In this document: positions 18,818 through 29,241 of the stretch, piece by piece
How positions within the stretch are numbered: the first letter of the stretch is position 1
Layout of the letters: each line of letters starts with the position of its first letter
From: Vibrio vulnificus CMCP6
GTDB lineage: Bacteria > Pseudomonadota > Gammaproteobacteria > Enterobacterales > Vibrionaceae
NCBI RefSeq assembly: GCF_000039765.1
Contig: NC_004459.3
Span: forward strand, 210,001-242,000
DNA length: 32,000 nt
Direction of reading: 5' to 3'
Notes under the pieces: model-generated
What the model was told of the DNA's origin: nothing
Database searches by the model: none
The model's input: the letters and a program-made list of their open reading frames with translations, nothing else
Translations under genes and position numbers: made by a program

Positions 18818-19939
18818 TTAGAAGTAGTATTCAACACCCACTGAGAACTCAGTGTAATCATCTGACTTCCAACGAGTCTTCGTATTGTCATCTAGTAAAG
18901 TCGCTCCGTCGCCAAAGTCTAGCGTACGAGCACGAGCGTACAGTACTGCAGATGGGTCAACAAAGTACATAACTTGTGCAGAAATTACGTTGTCATCTGT
19001 GTTGTTGATTGTTTTGCCGTTACGCTCTAGCTCAAAGTTAGCCGCGTAGCCCAATTTGTACTGCCAGTCACCCGCGGTGTACATCAAGCCTGCAGTCATT
19101 GCATTTTGCTTCTCGTCAACACCGTTGTTAGCACTTGCTTCCATCATCTTGTATTGAGCGAAGAAAGAAATGCCGTTTTCAAACCAACCTTGAACGCCCA
19201 CTAGGTAAGTATCGTTGTCCCAAGTTTGACCTTCAGCAACAATATTGCGGTTACCTTCGTACGCCGCGTCTAATTGGATTGGACCAATTTTGTAGTGTGC
19301 CGCTAAGCCAGCCCAGAAATCGTCGCCTTCACCAAGGCCAGCCTTGTCACCAGCGCCAGCTGCCACATCTAGAGAGAATGCTTCGCCGTACATTGGAGAG
19401 TCCCAACGGATGGTGTTAGATTGGCGATCTTGGTACTTAGCACCACCGATAGCGCCACCCCAGTCGTATACATCACCTAGACCTGGGTTCGATCCTGGCC
19501 AGTCAACCACTTCGTAAAGCGGAGTCAATACGCGACCAACACGGACTTGACCCATTGATTCACTTTCAAAACCAACGAATGTATCACGTTCACCAAGGCC
19601 AGCACCTTCACCGCCGAAGCTTGGGTCTACATAGCCACCTTCAATTTGCCAAATGAACGTTGGCCCGAAGTTAGCAAAGTTCTTCTTACCGCGGAAACCA
19701 ATGCGCGATTCGTTGTTGAACTGCATGCCACCTAGGTTGTCATCTGTTTTTGCGTCACCAGAATCGTAATCGCGGTAAGCGGCCTGCATCGCAATTACAC
19801 CGTATACTTCGTATGCAAAAGAGTCTTTAGTTAAATAGTTTTTTGCTGCATCGCTGTTCGCACCTTCTGCAAATGCTGCACCACTGAACATTAGGCCAGT
19901 CACTGCTGTTGCTAATAAGCTTTTCTTTAGGTAAGACAT
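18818..19939 (-). CDS. Gram-negative general porin (OmpU-like family)
   Basis: 373 aa, signal peptide, YEVYGVIAMQAAYRDYD, ESRIGFRGKKNF, ending in a beta-barrel sorting signal VEYYF. Confidence 0.88.
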   Translation of the reverse strand: MSYLKKSLLATAVTGLMFSGAAFAEGANSDAAKNYLTKDSFAYEVYGVIAMQAAYRDYDSGDAKTDDNLGGMQFNNESRIGFRGKKNFANFGPTFIWQIEGGYVDPSFGGEGAGLGERDTFVGFESESMGQVRVGRVLTPLYEVVDWPGSNPGLGDVYDWGGAIGGAKYQDRQSNTIRWDSPMYGEAFSLDVAAGAGDKAGLGEGDDFWAGLAAHYKIGPIQLDAAYEGNRNIVAEGQTWDNDTYLVGVQGWFENGISFFAQYKMMEASANNGVDEKQNAMTAGLMYTAGDWQYKLGYAANFELERNGKTINNTDDNVISAQVMYFVDPSAVLYARARTLDFGDGATLLDDNTKTRWKSDDYTEFSVGVEYYF

Positions 19940-20356
19940 GTTTAACCCCTATATCTTTTTAGTTTTCCTTGGCTTGCTTACTTCCCTAGGACATAGAACC
20001 AAGCTCACCAGTCATGTTTGGACGGGGCAAATATCTCAGACTTTTTTTTCTTTAAAAAATGGCGACACCAACAACCTGAGCCACTTCAAAATCAACCAAT
20101 AAAAATTAATATAAAAACATTAAAAACAAACACTTAACTTCAAACAAAAAATATAAAAAACGTCAAATTTAGTTTTTTATTGCGACGTGGCGGCAAATAT
20201 GTTGCCGTATCGTGAAGCGACTCACGCAACTTTTAGCTCAATTAACGGAACTTTATATTTCCAAAGAAAAAAGATTGAAGTGCCTCGCAAGGAAATAAGG
20301 CGAAATATCGGTACGGCAAAGCCATTTTGACGTAATTGATTGCACGAACCAATGCT

Positions 20357-20387
20357 TGACCTTCCCCCGGCGGCAAGGTTTATCGTT
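20357..20387 (+). promoter_or_regulatory. CueR/MerR-type copper-responsive promoter of copA
   Basis: TTGACC (20357-20362), dyad ACCTTCCCCCGGCGGCAAGGT (20360-20380), -10-like TATCGT (20382-20387), giving the over-long 19-bp spacer characteristic of MerR-family promoters. Confidence 0.8.
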
Positions 20388-20418
20388 ATTACCACATTAT
20401 TTCGTGGGAGATAAAAAG

Positions 20419-23157
20419 ATGAACCAATTTACCCTTGCGCTCTCTGGCCTCAACTGCATGGGTTGTGCTCGTAAGGTCGAGAAAGCACTGCATGCCGATC
20501 ACAGTGTCACGATTCAAGCGCTGTCTCCCAAAGAAATCAGCTTAGAGACCCCGTCCACTCTGGCCGAGATTGCTGAGACGATAGAAAAGCTTGGTTATCA
20601 TGCTGGCCATGATTATCACTTCCAGCTTCAAGGGCTTAACTGTGGTCGCTGCGTCAATAAAGTGAACACCTTACTCAGTGAGCACAGCGAGGTGATTCGC
20701 TTCACCGTGAGTAAAACAGAACTTGCTATCACCACCTGCTTGAGTGAACAAGCGGTCATTGAGCTTATTGCTTCTATTGGCTACCAAGCCCTACCTGGGG
20801 ATGCCGCAACAACAGAGGTAGCGCAAGCGAGCGCAGTGACTTCTTTACCATTGCCGCAAAGTGCCCCCCCACTCGACGCTGACTCCTCTCTCTCAGAAGC
20901 GATCACCTCACCGGAACTTCAGGAAAGCATACCGTTACTGATTCAAGGCATGACCTGTGCAAGTTGCGTTTCGTCAGTCGAAAAAGCGCTGCTTTCTGTC
21001 GAAGGAATTGACAAAGCGCAAGTCAATCTTGCAGAGCAAAGCGCACTCGTGTTTACACGCTCAAGCAGAGCGGATTTAACAGAAGCATTGCTTGCCGCCG
21101 TCAAACAATCAGGTTATCAAGCGGAAGTGGTGCTCGACGCTGAACTGACACAACAAAAGCAAAGTGAACAGATGATGCAAGCGCAGCGAAAACACAAAGT
21201 CAGCGCTTTCGCAGGAATAGCCCTTGGTGCGCCACTGATGTTGTGGGGGGTATTAGGTGGCAGCATGAGTATCGAAAACACTCAAGATCAGATCGCATGG
21301 GGAATTGTCGGCTTAGTCTGCCTATTGTTGCTTGCTACCGCGGGAAAAAGTTTCTTTACTAATGCGTGGCAAGCATTAACGCACAAACGCGCCACTATGG
21401 ATACGCTGGTTGCATTGGGGACTGGAACGGCTTGGCTCTACTCGATGTTGGTGGTTTTATTTCCGAGTTGGTTTCCGCAAGCCTCACGCCACGTTTATTT
21501 TGAAGCCAGTGCGATGATTGTCGGCTTGATTTCACTAGGACACTATATCGAAGCGAAAGCCAAAGCGCGTACAACTCAATCACTGCAATCACTGATCAAC
21601 CTTCAGCCTCAAACCGCAAGTTTGATCACCAACCAAGGCGAGCAAACCATCGCCGTTAAACAGATTCAATTGGGGATGAAACTGCGCATCAAGCCGGGAG
21701 AAAAAATCCCCGTTGATGGTTTGGTGATTTCTGGCGAGTCGTATCTCGACGAATCCATGCTCACAGGTGAACCCGTTCCGGTTTTCAAACAAGCGCAAGA
21801 CAACGTTTCTGCTGGCACTCTAAATAATGACGGCAGCTTAATTATTCAAGCAACTGGGATCGGTGCTGATACCATGCTGGCTCGTATTATCCGTATGGTG
21901 CGTCAGGCGCAAAGCAGTAAGCCCGCTATCGCCAAACTGGCGGATCAGATTTCATCGGTCTTCGTGCCTGTTGTCGTGGCCATTGCCCTTTTCTCTGCGG
22001 CAATTTGGTTTTTCGTTGGCCCTGAGCCAAAAGCCAGTTACATGTTAGTGGTCACCACCACCGTACTGATCATCGCGTGCCCCTGCGCACTCGGCCTTGC
22101 GACCCCATTGTCGGTGACGGTGGGGGTTGGTAAAGCGGCTGAAATGGGCATTTTGATCCGAGATGCAGATGTGCTGCAATCGGCCAGCAAAATCGACACC
22201 GTGGTATTCGACAAAACCGGCACCTTGACCCAAGGGGCACCCAAAGTCCAAGCGCTTTATGCCTTTGACTACGATCAGCAGCATTTACGTTCACTGCTGT
22301 TGAGTGCCGAACAGCAATCAGAGCATCCACTCGCCAAAGCGATTGTGGCAGACGCCCTACACCACAAAGCACCAGAGCTTGAGGTAAACCAGTTTGAAAA
22401 TATGCGAGGCAAAGGGGTTAGTGCCGTCATTGCGGGGGATGAACTGTTGGTGGTGTCATTAAATCACTTACAAGCACAGCAATTTGATTTGAGTGTCGCC
22501 ACTGAGGCGATTGACGAATGTGCGCAAAACGCGTGGACGCCAGTCGCTGCCGTGCTTAACCAGCGTTTAATCGGCATGATCGCCATTTCAGACCCAATCA
22601 AGAGCGATTCTAAACAAGCTATCCAAGCCTTGAAGAGAGAAGGCATCCACACCGTAATGCTAACAGGTGACAACCAAAGCGTGGCCAATGCCATTGCTCA
22701 AGAGTTGGGTATCGATGAAGTCATCGCGCAAGTGCTGCCTGATGAGAAAGCGAGCCATATTGAACGCCTTCAATTGCAAGGTCGCAAAGTCGCCATGGTC
22801 GGTGACGGCATTAATGACGCGCCAGCTCTAGCCTTGGCCGATATTGGCATTGCGATGGGCAGTGGCAGCGATGTGGCGATTGAAAGCGCACAGATGACGC
22901 TGCTCAACTCATCACCACTTGCCGTTCTCAACGCCATTGAACTGTCCAAAGCGACGGTGAAAAACATGAAGCAAAATCTCTTTGGTGCCTTTATTTACAA
23001 CTCTTTGGGTATTCCGGTGGCAGCTGGCGTACTGTATCCTGTATCCGGTTTTCTTTTGAGTCCTGTGGTGGCTGGTGCAGCCATGGCACTCTCTTCCATT
23101 ACCGTGGTCAGCAACGCCAATCGACTACGCTTATTTAAAACGACAACACGCTCTTAG
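20419..23157 (+). CDS. copA: Cu+-exporting P1B-type ATPase CopA (start refined)
   Basis: ATG at 20419 preceded by GGGAG; three N-terminal CxxC metal-binding motifs (NCMGC, NCGRC, TCASC), TGEPVP, CPC in [32 protein letters not shown]. Confidence 0.96.
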   Translation: MNQFTLALSGLNCMGCARKVEKALHADHSVTIQALSPKEISLETPSTLAEIAETIEKLGYHAGHDYHFQLQGLNCGRCVNKVNTLLSEHSEVIRFTVSKTELAITTCLSEQAVIELIASIGYQALPGDAATTEVAQASAVTSLPLPQSAPPLDADSSLSEAITSPELQESIPLLIQGMTCASCVSSVEKALLSVEGIDKAQVNLAEQSALVFTRSSRADLTEALLAAVKQSGYQAEVVLDAELTQQKQSEQMMQAQRKHKVSAFAGIALGAPLMLWGVLGGSMSIENTQDQIAWGIVGLVCLLLLATAGKSFFTNAWQALTHKRATMDTLVALGTGTAWLYSMLVVLFPSWFPQASRHVYFEASAMIVGLISLGHYIEAKAKARTTQSLQSLINLQPQTASLITNQGEQTIAVKQIQLGMKLRIKPGEKIPVDGLVISGESYLDESMLTGEPVPVFKQAQDNVSAGTLNNDGSLIIQATGIGADTMLARIIRMVRQAQSSKPAIAKLADQISSVFVPVVVAIALFSAAIWFFVGPEPKASYMLVVTTTVLIIACPCALGLATPLSVTVGVGKAAEMGILIRDADVLQSASKIDTVVFDKTGTLTQGAPKVQALYAFDYDQQHLRSLLLSAEQQSEHPLAKAIVADALHHKAPELEVNQFENMRGKGVSAVIAGDELLVVSLNHLQAQQFDLSVATEAIDECAQNAWTPVAAVLNQRLIGMIAISDPIKSDSKQAIQALKREGIHTVMLTGDNQSVANAIAQELGIDEVIAQVLPDEKASHIERLQLQGRKVAMVGDGINDAPALALADIGIAMGSGSDVAIESAQMTLLNSSPLAVLNAIELSKATVKNMKQNLFGAFIYNSLGIPVAAGVLYPVSGFLLSPVVAGAAMALSSITVVSNANRLRLFKTTTRS

Positions 23158-23165
23158 GGGTCACT

Positions 23166-23615
23166 ATGAAACTAAAAACACTTACTCTTATGCTGCTGAC
23201 AGGTCTGTCAGCAAATGTTTTGGCAGCGGATGTCATCAACCATAAATCGCCATACTGTGGATGCTGTGGCGAATGGACCAAACACATGGAAGAGAATGGT
23301 TTCACCGTTAAAGAAGAGCTTCATGAAGACATGAACACCGTCAAACAGAAACTCGGTTTGAAGAACGATCAGCTTTACTCTTGTCACACGGCAGAAATCA
23401 ATGGCTTCGTTTTTGAAGGGCATATTCCTGCAGAAGACATCAAAGCGTTCTTAGAAAATCCACCACGCAATGCGAAAGGCCTTGCGGTTCCGGGCATGCC
23501 AATGGGCTCTCCGGGCATGGAGTATGGTGATAAAAAAGACAGCTACTCTGTGTATGCCTTTAACGAACAAGGTCAAGTGTTTGAGTATCGCCGCCATGAA
23601 GGCAATCAAAAATAG
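23166..23615 (+). CDS. DUF411 periplasmic metal-associated protein
   Basis: 149 aa, signal peptide, YCGCCGEWTKHMEENGF and CHTAEINGFVFEGHIPAEDIKAFL; starts 9 nt after the copA stop. Confidence 0.87.
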   Translation: MKLKTLTLMLLTGLSANVLAADVINHKSPYCGCCGEWTKHMEENGFTVKEELHEDMNTVKQKLGLKNDQLYSCHTAEINGFVFEGHIPAEDIKAFLENPPRNAKGLAVPGMPMGSPGMEYGDKKDSYSVYAFNEQGQVFEYRRHEGNQK

Positions 23616-23633
23616 CGATTGAACAATAAAGAG

Positions 23634-23660
23634 AAAAACCCAGCTGAGCTGGGTTTTTCT
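23634..23660. terminator. Bidirectional rho-independent terminator between the DUF411 gene and the hexosaminidase gene
   Basis: AAAACCCAGC-TGA-GCTGGGTTTTT between convergent genes, with A and T tracts on both sides. Confidence 0.9.
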
Positions 23661-23678
23661 TTCTTTACGCGCTAAGCA

Positions 23679-26330
23679 TTACTTCACACTTGTTACTCGG
23701 CTTGCTTTCTCGCCTGTCGCAGACACAGAACGGATAAAGACTTCACCTTCTACGGTTGGACGAGCATCATCCGCGTACGTCAGCCAGTTTTTGCCGTCTA
23801 GCGAGTATTGAAGCGTGACGCCAGGGAACTGAACGTTCATAGCTAGCTTACCCCCTTCGACTTTCGCACCCGGTACAGGTAGGCGGTAGTCGATGCCTGA
23901 TTTTTCCAGTTTCGCCAGTTCACGTTGACCAAGTACGTTGGCAAAGCGGTTGTAGTCTAGGTTTAGTGCTGCTTTGTCTACTAGGTTAGAGTTTTGCGAG
24001 TATTCAACACCCACTTTGTAGTCGTTTTCCCAATCCGCTCGGTGCCATGCACGCTCAGCGGCTGCCAGTACGCGAGGGAATACCATGTACTCATATTGCT
24101 CATCGTTACGCACGGTTTCAGACCAAAGCTGTGCTGATAGACCGTAGAAAGGTTTCGCTTCGATTTCACCTTTACCCGTAAAGCCATTGCCGTCACGGTC
24201 TAGAGAGGTTTCTGCGTTTTGCGGCATGTTCTCTGGCGCAAAGCCGAACATCTTACGCGTATCCGTTGCACGTGTTGCCCAGTAGTAACCACGCTCTTTC
24301 GGGTCTACTTCGTATGGCATATCCATGTAGACGTAATCTGGGTTAGAAACGATCACGTCGTAACCTTTCTTAGACCACTCGTACACTGATGAAGTACCGC
24401 CCCAGTACAGAACGTCCCAGAAGTTTACGCGAGTATTTTCTGTTGCGAACGCGTTCTCACCTTCACTGTACTTCAAGCCATCTTGCCATGCTTGGAAGTT
24501 TGAAATGCCCTTCTCAGCCACGATCTTCGACACTTGCTCAGCAAAGTGACTTGGCAGATGACCGAAGTCACTGACTGTGCCATCGGTAATGAGCGTCTGA
24601 CATTGTGGCGACTGGGCAAATGGCTTGTCTTGCTTAGACAGGTCAATCGTGCCTTTCCAGCTAACTTTGTCTTGCGCGTTAACGTCTTGGAAACCAGCAC
24701 CTAGCTTAATGTTCTTCGCTTCGTCACCACCGAAGTGCCATGTTGTTAGCGGTGCGCCCGCTTCTAGGTGCATGGCTGCCACTTCTGAAATCACCTTATC
24801 AACAAAGCGAGTTGAAGACTCCATACATGGGTTGATAAAGCTTTGCTTATCGTAGAACTGAACCGTCGTCACGTTCGATGTATCTTGAGGATCCATCAGG
24901 CGGAACTCGTTCGCTTGTGCTTCTTTTCCTTCGGCCATGAGACGATCGTAACGTGCCTCCATCGATACCACTGCGGCACGAGCGTGGGCTGGCATATCGA
25001 TTTCTGGAATCACTTCAATGTTACGTGCTTTGGCGTACTTCAAAATTTCCACGTAGTCTGCTTTGCTGAAGTAGCCAGAACCAAAGTTGTCTGACGTTGA
25101 ACCCGAGCCAAGCTGAGGCAATAAACAGCTTTTCTCTTCAATGTCGAAACAACGATTAGCACCCACTTCGGTCAGCTCAGGCAGACCCGGGATTTCTAAA
25201 CGCCAGCCTTCATCGTCCGTTAAGTGAAGGTGTAGTTTGTTCATCTTGTACGCTGCCATTTGGTCTAGCGTGGCAAGAATGGCGTCTTTAGAGTGGAAGT
25301 TACGAGCCACATCCACCATCACGCCACGGTAATCAAAACGAGGCGCGTCTTTGATCGACAGTTGTGGTAGAGAATCCGCATTTTGGCTATCTATCAGGCC
25401 AAAGATAGATTGCACTGCGTAGAAAGCACCGGCTTGGTCAAACGCTTTAATCGCAATACCGCCGCCTTGAATGCTCATCTCGTAAGCACCCGATTTTGCT
25501 AACTCACCGGTGAAGTCCGCAGGAACAACCGTGATGCTAACCGGAACATCACCGCGAACATTCACACCAACCACTTCTGCACGTTCTTGAATTGCTGCAA
25601 ATTGAGCTGCATCGAATGCGTCTTTAGGCAGCGCAATACCCGCCGCGATATCAACAGTGCCCTTGCCTGCTTCCACAAACAGTGGCGTCGGTAGCAGCGT
25701 AGTTGATACATCTTGTTTTGCTAGGTCTTCGTTCTTCTCGAAGCGAGACACAGCACTCGCGAATACGTTGTTGTCATCTGGCGTACGTTTTAGGTTGTTA
25801 CCTTCAAGACCGGCCACGAAAGATGCCACATCTTCGGTGTTTAGAGAGGCAATCATCTTTGGCTCTGCGTTTGGCGCAGTGACGAAAGCACCTGGCATGA
25901 AATCGGTTTCAAACAACGTCCAGTATTCACCAATCAGAGGCAGTACGACTTCTTCACCCGCGGCAAAACCATCAAATTTATCCGTCGGTTCTAATTTGTG
26001 TAGGTCACCCGTGACACGAGAAATTTTAAATTGGTCATTTTCCACATCTAAAATCAGACGGATGCTGTGAAAGTAAATGGCCCAATCTTTGGCATTGACG
26101 GCATCACCTTGATTCACCAGCGTCATATTCACTCGGTTACAAGAAGCCCATTCAGCCCCCATATCACCACAGGCGAGCCCCTCGTTCGCGCCATGATTTG
26201 TCATAACTTGGTATTGAATGTCCAAATTATCCGCTAATGAATTGACGACACGTTGCTCATCACTTTGTAATGTAGAGCAACCCGCCAAAGAGGCGATAAC
26301 CGACGCAGCAATTAAAGTTTGTTTCAACAT
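23679..26330 (-). CDS. Beta-N-acetylhexosaminidase (chitobiase), GH20, lipoprotein (start refined)
   Basis: ATG at 26330 gives lipoprotein signal MLKQTLIAASVIASLAGC; catalytic-region motifs DDEGWRLEI, IEVIPEIDMPAHARAAV, TTWHFGGDEAKN, and W-rich GLSAQLWSETVRN. Confidence 0.94.
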   Translation of the reverse strand: MLKQTLIAASVIASLAGCSTLQSDEQRVVNSLADNLDIQYQVMTNHGANEGLACGDMGAEWASCNRVNMTLVNQGDAVNAKDWAIYFHSIRLILDVENDQFKISRVTGDLHKLEPTDKFDGFAAGEEVVLPLIGEYWTLFETDFMPGAFVTAPNAEPKMIASLNTEDVASFVAGLEGNNLKRTPDDNNVFASAVSRFEKNEDLAKQDVSTTLLPTPLFVEAGKGTVDIAAGIALPKDAFDAAQFAAIQERAEVVGVNVRGDVPVSITVVPADFTGELAKSGAYEMSIQGGGIAIKAFDQAGAFYAVQSIFGLIDSQNADSLPQLSIKDAPRFDYRGVMVDVARNFHSKDAILATLDQMAAYKMNKLHLHLTDDEGWRLEIPGLPELTEVGANRCFDIEEKSCLLPQLGSGSTSDNFGSGYFSKADYVEILKYAKARNIEVIPEIDMPAHARAAVVSMEARYDRLMAEGKEAQANEFRLMDPQDTSNVTTVQFYDKQSFINPCMESSTRFVDKVISEVAAMHLEAGAPLTTWHFGGDEAKNIKLGAGFQDVNAQDKVSWKGTIDLSKQDKPFAQSPQCQTLITDGTVSDFGHLPSHFAEQVSKIVAEKGISNFQAWQDGLKYSEGENAFATENTRVNFWDVLYWGGTSSVYEWSKKGYDVIVSNPDYVYMDMPYEVDPKERGYYWATRATDTRKMFGFAPENMPQNAETSLDRDGNGFTGKGEIEAKPFYGLSAQLWSETVRNDEQYEYMVFPRVLAAAERAWHRADWENDYKVGVEYSQNSNLVDKAALNLDYNRFANVLGQRELAKLEKSGIDYRLPVPGAKVEGGKLAMNVQFPGVTLQYSLDGKNWLTYADDARPTVEGEVFIRSVSATGEKASRVTSVK

Positions 26331-26743
26331 CTTACTTACCCTAAAACTTAGAAAACCAATCCAGCCAAAACGGCTGTTACTTACCAATGCACTCAACATA
26401 CAGCGAGTTTTTTCTAAGCGTAAAATTAATAAGCAGGAGAAGTGATCTACTTCAAACTGCGATCGAAAATGGAAAATATAAAAACTTAAATTTCAATAAG
26501 TTACAATGAACGTTAAATTCGTAATTTCATTTTTGACGAGTTTTTATCAAATACAGATCACAAAAACATCAACACAATGGACACTATTGAAAGAAATTTC
26601 CCACAATGGCGACGTGCTTTAAAATTCAAATCATCAGAATTTGACGTTGAAATTGAGTATTTGATCGCACTTTTAGCTCCGTTAACGCTCGTCATTTTTA
26701 TCAAATCAACAAATTTGCCGGAACATTTTTCAGGGAGTAAAAC

Positions 26744-27604
26744 ATGCTCAAGCTCGTTACCCTTATTATTGCGATTGCCACTCTCGTTCCCACGGTACTT
26801 GCCGAACCATTAGTGTGGAAAGCCACCAAAGGTAAAACGGAATTCAGGATATTAGGCTCGATTCATGTAGGAAGCGATGCACTGTACCCGCTACCCAATG
26901 AGATAGAAAACACCATCGCTAACAGCCAAGCTCTCATTGTGGAGGCCGATTTATCGCAATTGAATCAAGTGACTTATCCACCTCAACGCTATGTCAGCCA
27001 GCAAGTCCTCACCGATGAACAGAAACAGCAGCTGCAACAAATCGCCAATGAGCTCGGCTTGCCCTATCAGCAATTGATGCTTGCTCCGCCGTGGGCAAGT
27101 GCCTTAACCATCCAAATGGCTCAAGTACAAAAACTGGGGTACCACTCAGAACTTGGCGTGGATACTTATCTCATTCAAAAAGCACGTCAACATGGTGTCC
27201 CTCTTCATCCGTTGGAAAGTGCGCAATTTCAAATCGATCTACTCACCAAAACACCTCAAGATGGCAAAGAATTGCTGACTAGTGCGCTGTCAGAGTTTAG
27301 TGAAAGTGAGCAGTTACTCTCTTGTTTGGTTGAGAGCTGGCAAAAAGGCGACAAACAAAAATTGGTGGAGTTCGCTAACCTGTCAGAGATCTCCCCTGAG
27401 TTGGAAAAAGCCATGCTGACGGATAGAAATCACGATTGGGTCCAAAAGCTCTCTCAACTTGCTCAAGAGGAGCCAGGGCATTATGCGGTGGTGGTCGGTG
27501 CGTTGCATCTGGTAGGCAAAGAGAATCTCATTGCACTGCTCGAGCAATCCGGTTTTAAAACCGAGCAACTGACCCAAAGCCAGCCTGCGCAATGCCATTT
27601 CTAA
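26744..27604 (+). CDS. TraB/GumN family protein
   Basis: 286 aa, signal peptide, FRILGSIHVGSDALYPLP, YHSELGVDTYLIQKA, HYAVVVGALHLVGKENLIALL. Confidence 0.88.
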   Translation: MLKLVTLIIAIATLVPTVLAEPLVWKATKGKTEFRILGSIHVGSDALYPLPNEIENTIANSQALIVEADLSQLNQVTYPPQRYVSQQVLTDEQKQQLQQIANELGLPYQQLMLAPPWASALTIQMAQVQKLGYHSELGVDTYLIQKARQHGVPLHPLESAQFQIDLLTKTPQDGKELLTSALSEFSESEQLLSCLVESWQKGDKQKLVEFANLSEISPELEKAMLTDRNHDWVQKLSQLAQEEPGHYAVVVGALHLVGKENLIALLEQSGFKTEQLTQSQPAQCHF

Positions 27605-27622
27605 TTTTGGCCACCTCATAAA

Positions 27623-27939
27623 AGGTTCGACATCAGCAAACAAACTTTGCCTCACCCCAAAACGACGAAAGCCTGCTATAAAAGCAGGCTTTCTAAAAGT
27701 GGCCGGTGAAGAGCCATATTCTAACGTCAAGCGAACCCCACGAGGTTCGACATCAGCAAACAAACTTAGCCTCACCCCAAAAACGATGAAAGCCTGCTAT
27801 AAAGCACGCTTTCTAAAAGTGGCCGGTGAAGAGCCATATTCTAACGTCAGGCGAACCCCACGAGGTTCGGCATCAGCAAACAAACTTTGCCTCACCCCAA
27901 AACGATGAAAGCCTGCTATAAAAGCAGGCTTTCTTAAAG

Positions 27940-27942
<3 letters not shown>
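27623..27942 (-). repeat. 120-bp tandem repeats (about 2.7 units) downstream of tRNA-Pro; each unit carries a tRNA 3'-end copy plus terminator hairpin
   Basis: Units start at 27623, 27743 and 27863 (AGGTTCG[A/G]CATCAGCAAACAAACTT...). Each contains AAAGCCTGCT-loop-AGCAGGCTTT-like hairpin; units 1 and 2 end with TGGCCGGTGAAGAG, matching the tRNA-Pro 3' end TGGTCGGTGAAGAG. Confidence 0.95.
27907..27934 (-). terminator. Terminator hairpin of tRNA-Pro
   Basis: GAAAGCCTGCT-ATAA-AAGCAGGCTTTC directly downstream of the tRNA on the minus strand. Confidence 0.8.
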
Positions 27943-28016
<74 letters not shown>

Positions 28017-28055
28017 AGATGTTTTACAGAAGCTTTGTTCCGTCAACGGATGCGT

Positions 28056-28083
28056 ATATTACGGATTCTGGCTGACGACGCAA
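28056..28083 (-). promoter_or_regulatory. Putative sigma-70 promoter of tRNA-Pro
   Basis: Minus strand TTGCGT-N16-TAATAT about 40 nt upstream of the tRNA 5' end. Confidence 0.6.
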
Positions 28084-28272
28084 GAGCTAAGCGCAGTTTT
28101 TTTGTAATAATTTATCCGTTTGCTTATTCCGCCACCAGTAGCACATAAAATGTGAGCAGAAACACACCAATAAAAACATGTCGTTAACTTATGCAACACA
28201 ATTGATCCAGATCAGTGTGCAAAATAGCACCAGCTTTTAACTTTACCCTGTCTTCACACTTTGGAGGAAACC

Positions 28273-28413
28273 ATGGACTTTTGGCTCGATTTGCTATTCG
28301 GTAATGCGGTAGGACTTTCTTCAATGATTGTCATATTTGGTGCACTAGGTCTAATGCTGTTTTACGGCGGTTTCATCGTTTACAAGGTCATGAATGACAA
28401 ATCTCCTCACTAG
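28273..28413 (+). CDS. Small membrane protein, DUF3149-like
   Basis: 46-aa ORF absent from the supplied track: MDFWLDLLFGNAVGLSSMIVIFGALGLMLFYGGFIVYKVMNDKSPH, preceded by RBS GGAGG; single transmembrane segment. Confidence 0.85.
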   Translation: MDFWLDLLFGNAVGLSSMIVIFGALGLMLFYGGFIVYKVMNDKSPH

Positions 28414-28453
28414 ATATCGCCAAGCTCTATAATCTTTTATAGAAACGCTTTGC

Positions 28454-28487
28454 ACCGGAATGGGTTTTCTGCCTGTTCCGGTTTTTT
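28454..28487 (+). terminator. Rho-independent terminator after the DUF3149-like ORF
   Basis: ACCGGAA ... TTCCGGT followed by TTTTT. Confidence 0.8.
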
Positions 28488-28562
28488 ATTCTCTGGATTG
28501 ATCGTTTTCCCCCAACCGTTGGTATACTCCTGCAACCATTAATCAAGCTTTGAGATGCCGTT

Positions 28563-29144
28563 ATGTCTCACGACGATGATTTCGAACTTTTCCAACAAAT
28601 GATGGGGGATGTAAAGCCCATCACTCATGACACTGCTGAGCACAAGAAAAAACACCAAGTCAGTGAATCCCAATTGGCGCGGCGCGAAGCGGCGATTTGG
28701 CTCACCGAGGATAATCCGGAGCACCTCAGCCTTGATCACGCAGAAATGCTCAAACCTGATGACATGGTGGAGTTTAAAAGAGACGGCGTACAAGAGGGTG
28801 TCTATCGTAAGTTGCGTTTAGGCAAGTACCCCATTCAAGCCAGGCTAGACCTGCATAAGAAATCGCTCAAAGAAGCACGGGATGAACTTGTTCGCTTCCT
28901 TAAACAATGCATGAAAATGGACATTCGCACCGTCGTGATCGCTCATGGTCGAGGCGAGTTATCCGATCCCCCCGCCAAGATGAAGAGTTTTGTCACGACG
29001 TGGTTAATGCAGATTAAAGAAGTGCAATGTTGCCACAGTGCGCAACGTTTTCATGGTGGAACTGGCGCTCTCTATGTTTTGTTGCAGAAAAGTGCCGACA
29101 AAAAACTCGAGAATCGAGAACGTCATCAAAAACGCTTAGGCTAA
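28563..29144 (+). CDS. smrA: Smr-domain DNA endonuclease SmrA-like
   Basis: 193 aa, LRLGKYPIQARLDLHKKSLKEARDELVRFL, VVIAHGRGE, HGGTGALYVLLQKS, ENRERHQKR; resembles E. coli YdaL/SmrA more than YfcN/SmrB. Confidence 0.86.
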   Translation: MSHDDDFELFQQMMGDVKPITHDTAEHKKKHQVSESQLARREAAIWLTEDNPEHLSLDHAEMLKPDDMVEFKRDGVQEGVYRKLRLGKYPIQARLDLHKKSLKEARDELVRFLKQCMKMDIRTVVIAHGRGELSDPPAKMKSFVTTWLMQIKEVQCCHSAQRFHGGTGALYVLLQKSADKKLENRERHQKRLG

Positions 29145-29241
29145 CATTTATTCAGTGCTAGAATGCACGCCCCAATTTCCCTTACAACCAGTAAGGGACT
29201 GAACAATACAACGCCGTTGTGAAACGTTAAGAGAGAACAAC

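Noticed and set aside
20081-20200. A/T-rich tract upstream of the porin gene
   Set aside because: Consistent with an ordinary AT-rich promoter/upstream region of a highly expressed porin; no ordered repeats seen.
23981-26070. Several ORFs of 61-137 aa antisense or out of frame in the GH20 hexosaminidase gene
   Set aside because: Embedded in a long, strongly supported CDS; likely codon-bias shadow ORFs.
26577-26813. 78-aa plus-strand ORF upstream of the TraB/GumN-like gene
   Set aside because: Overlaps the start of the better-supported ORF in another frame and lacks family resemblance or a clear RBS; left unannotated.
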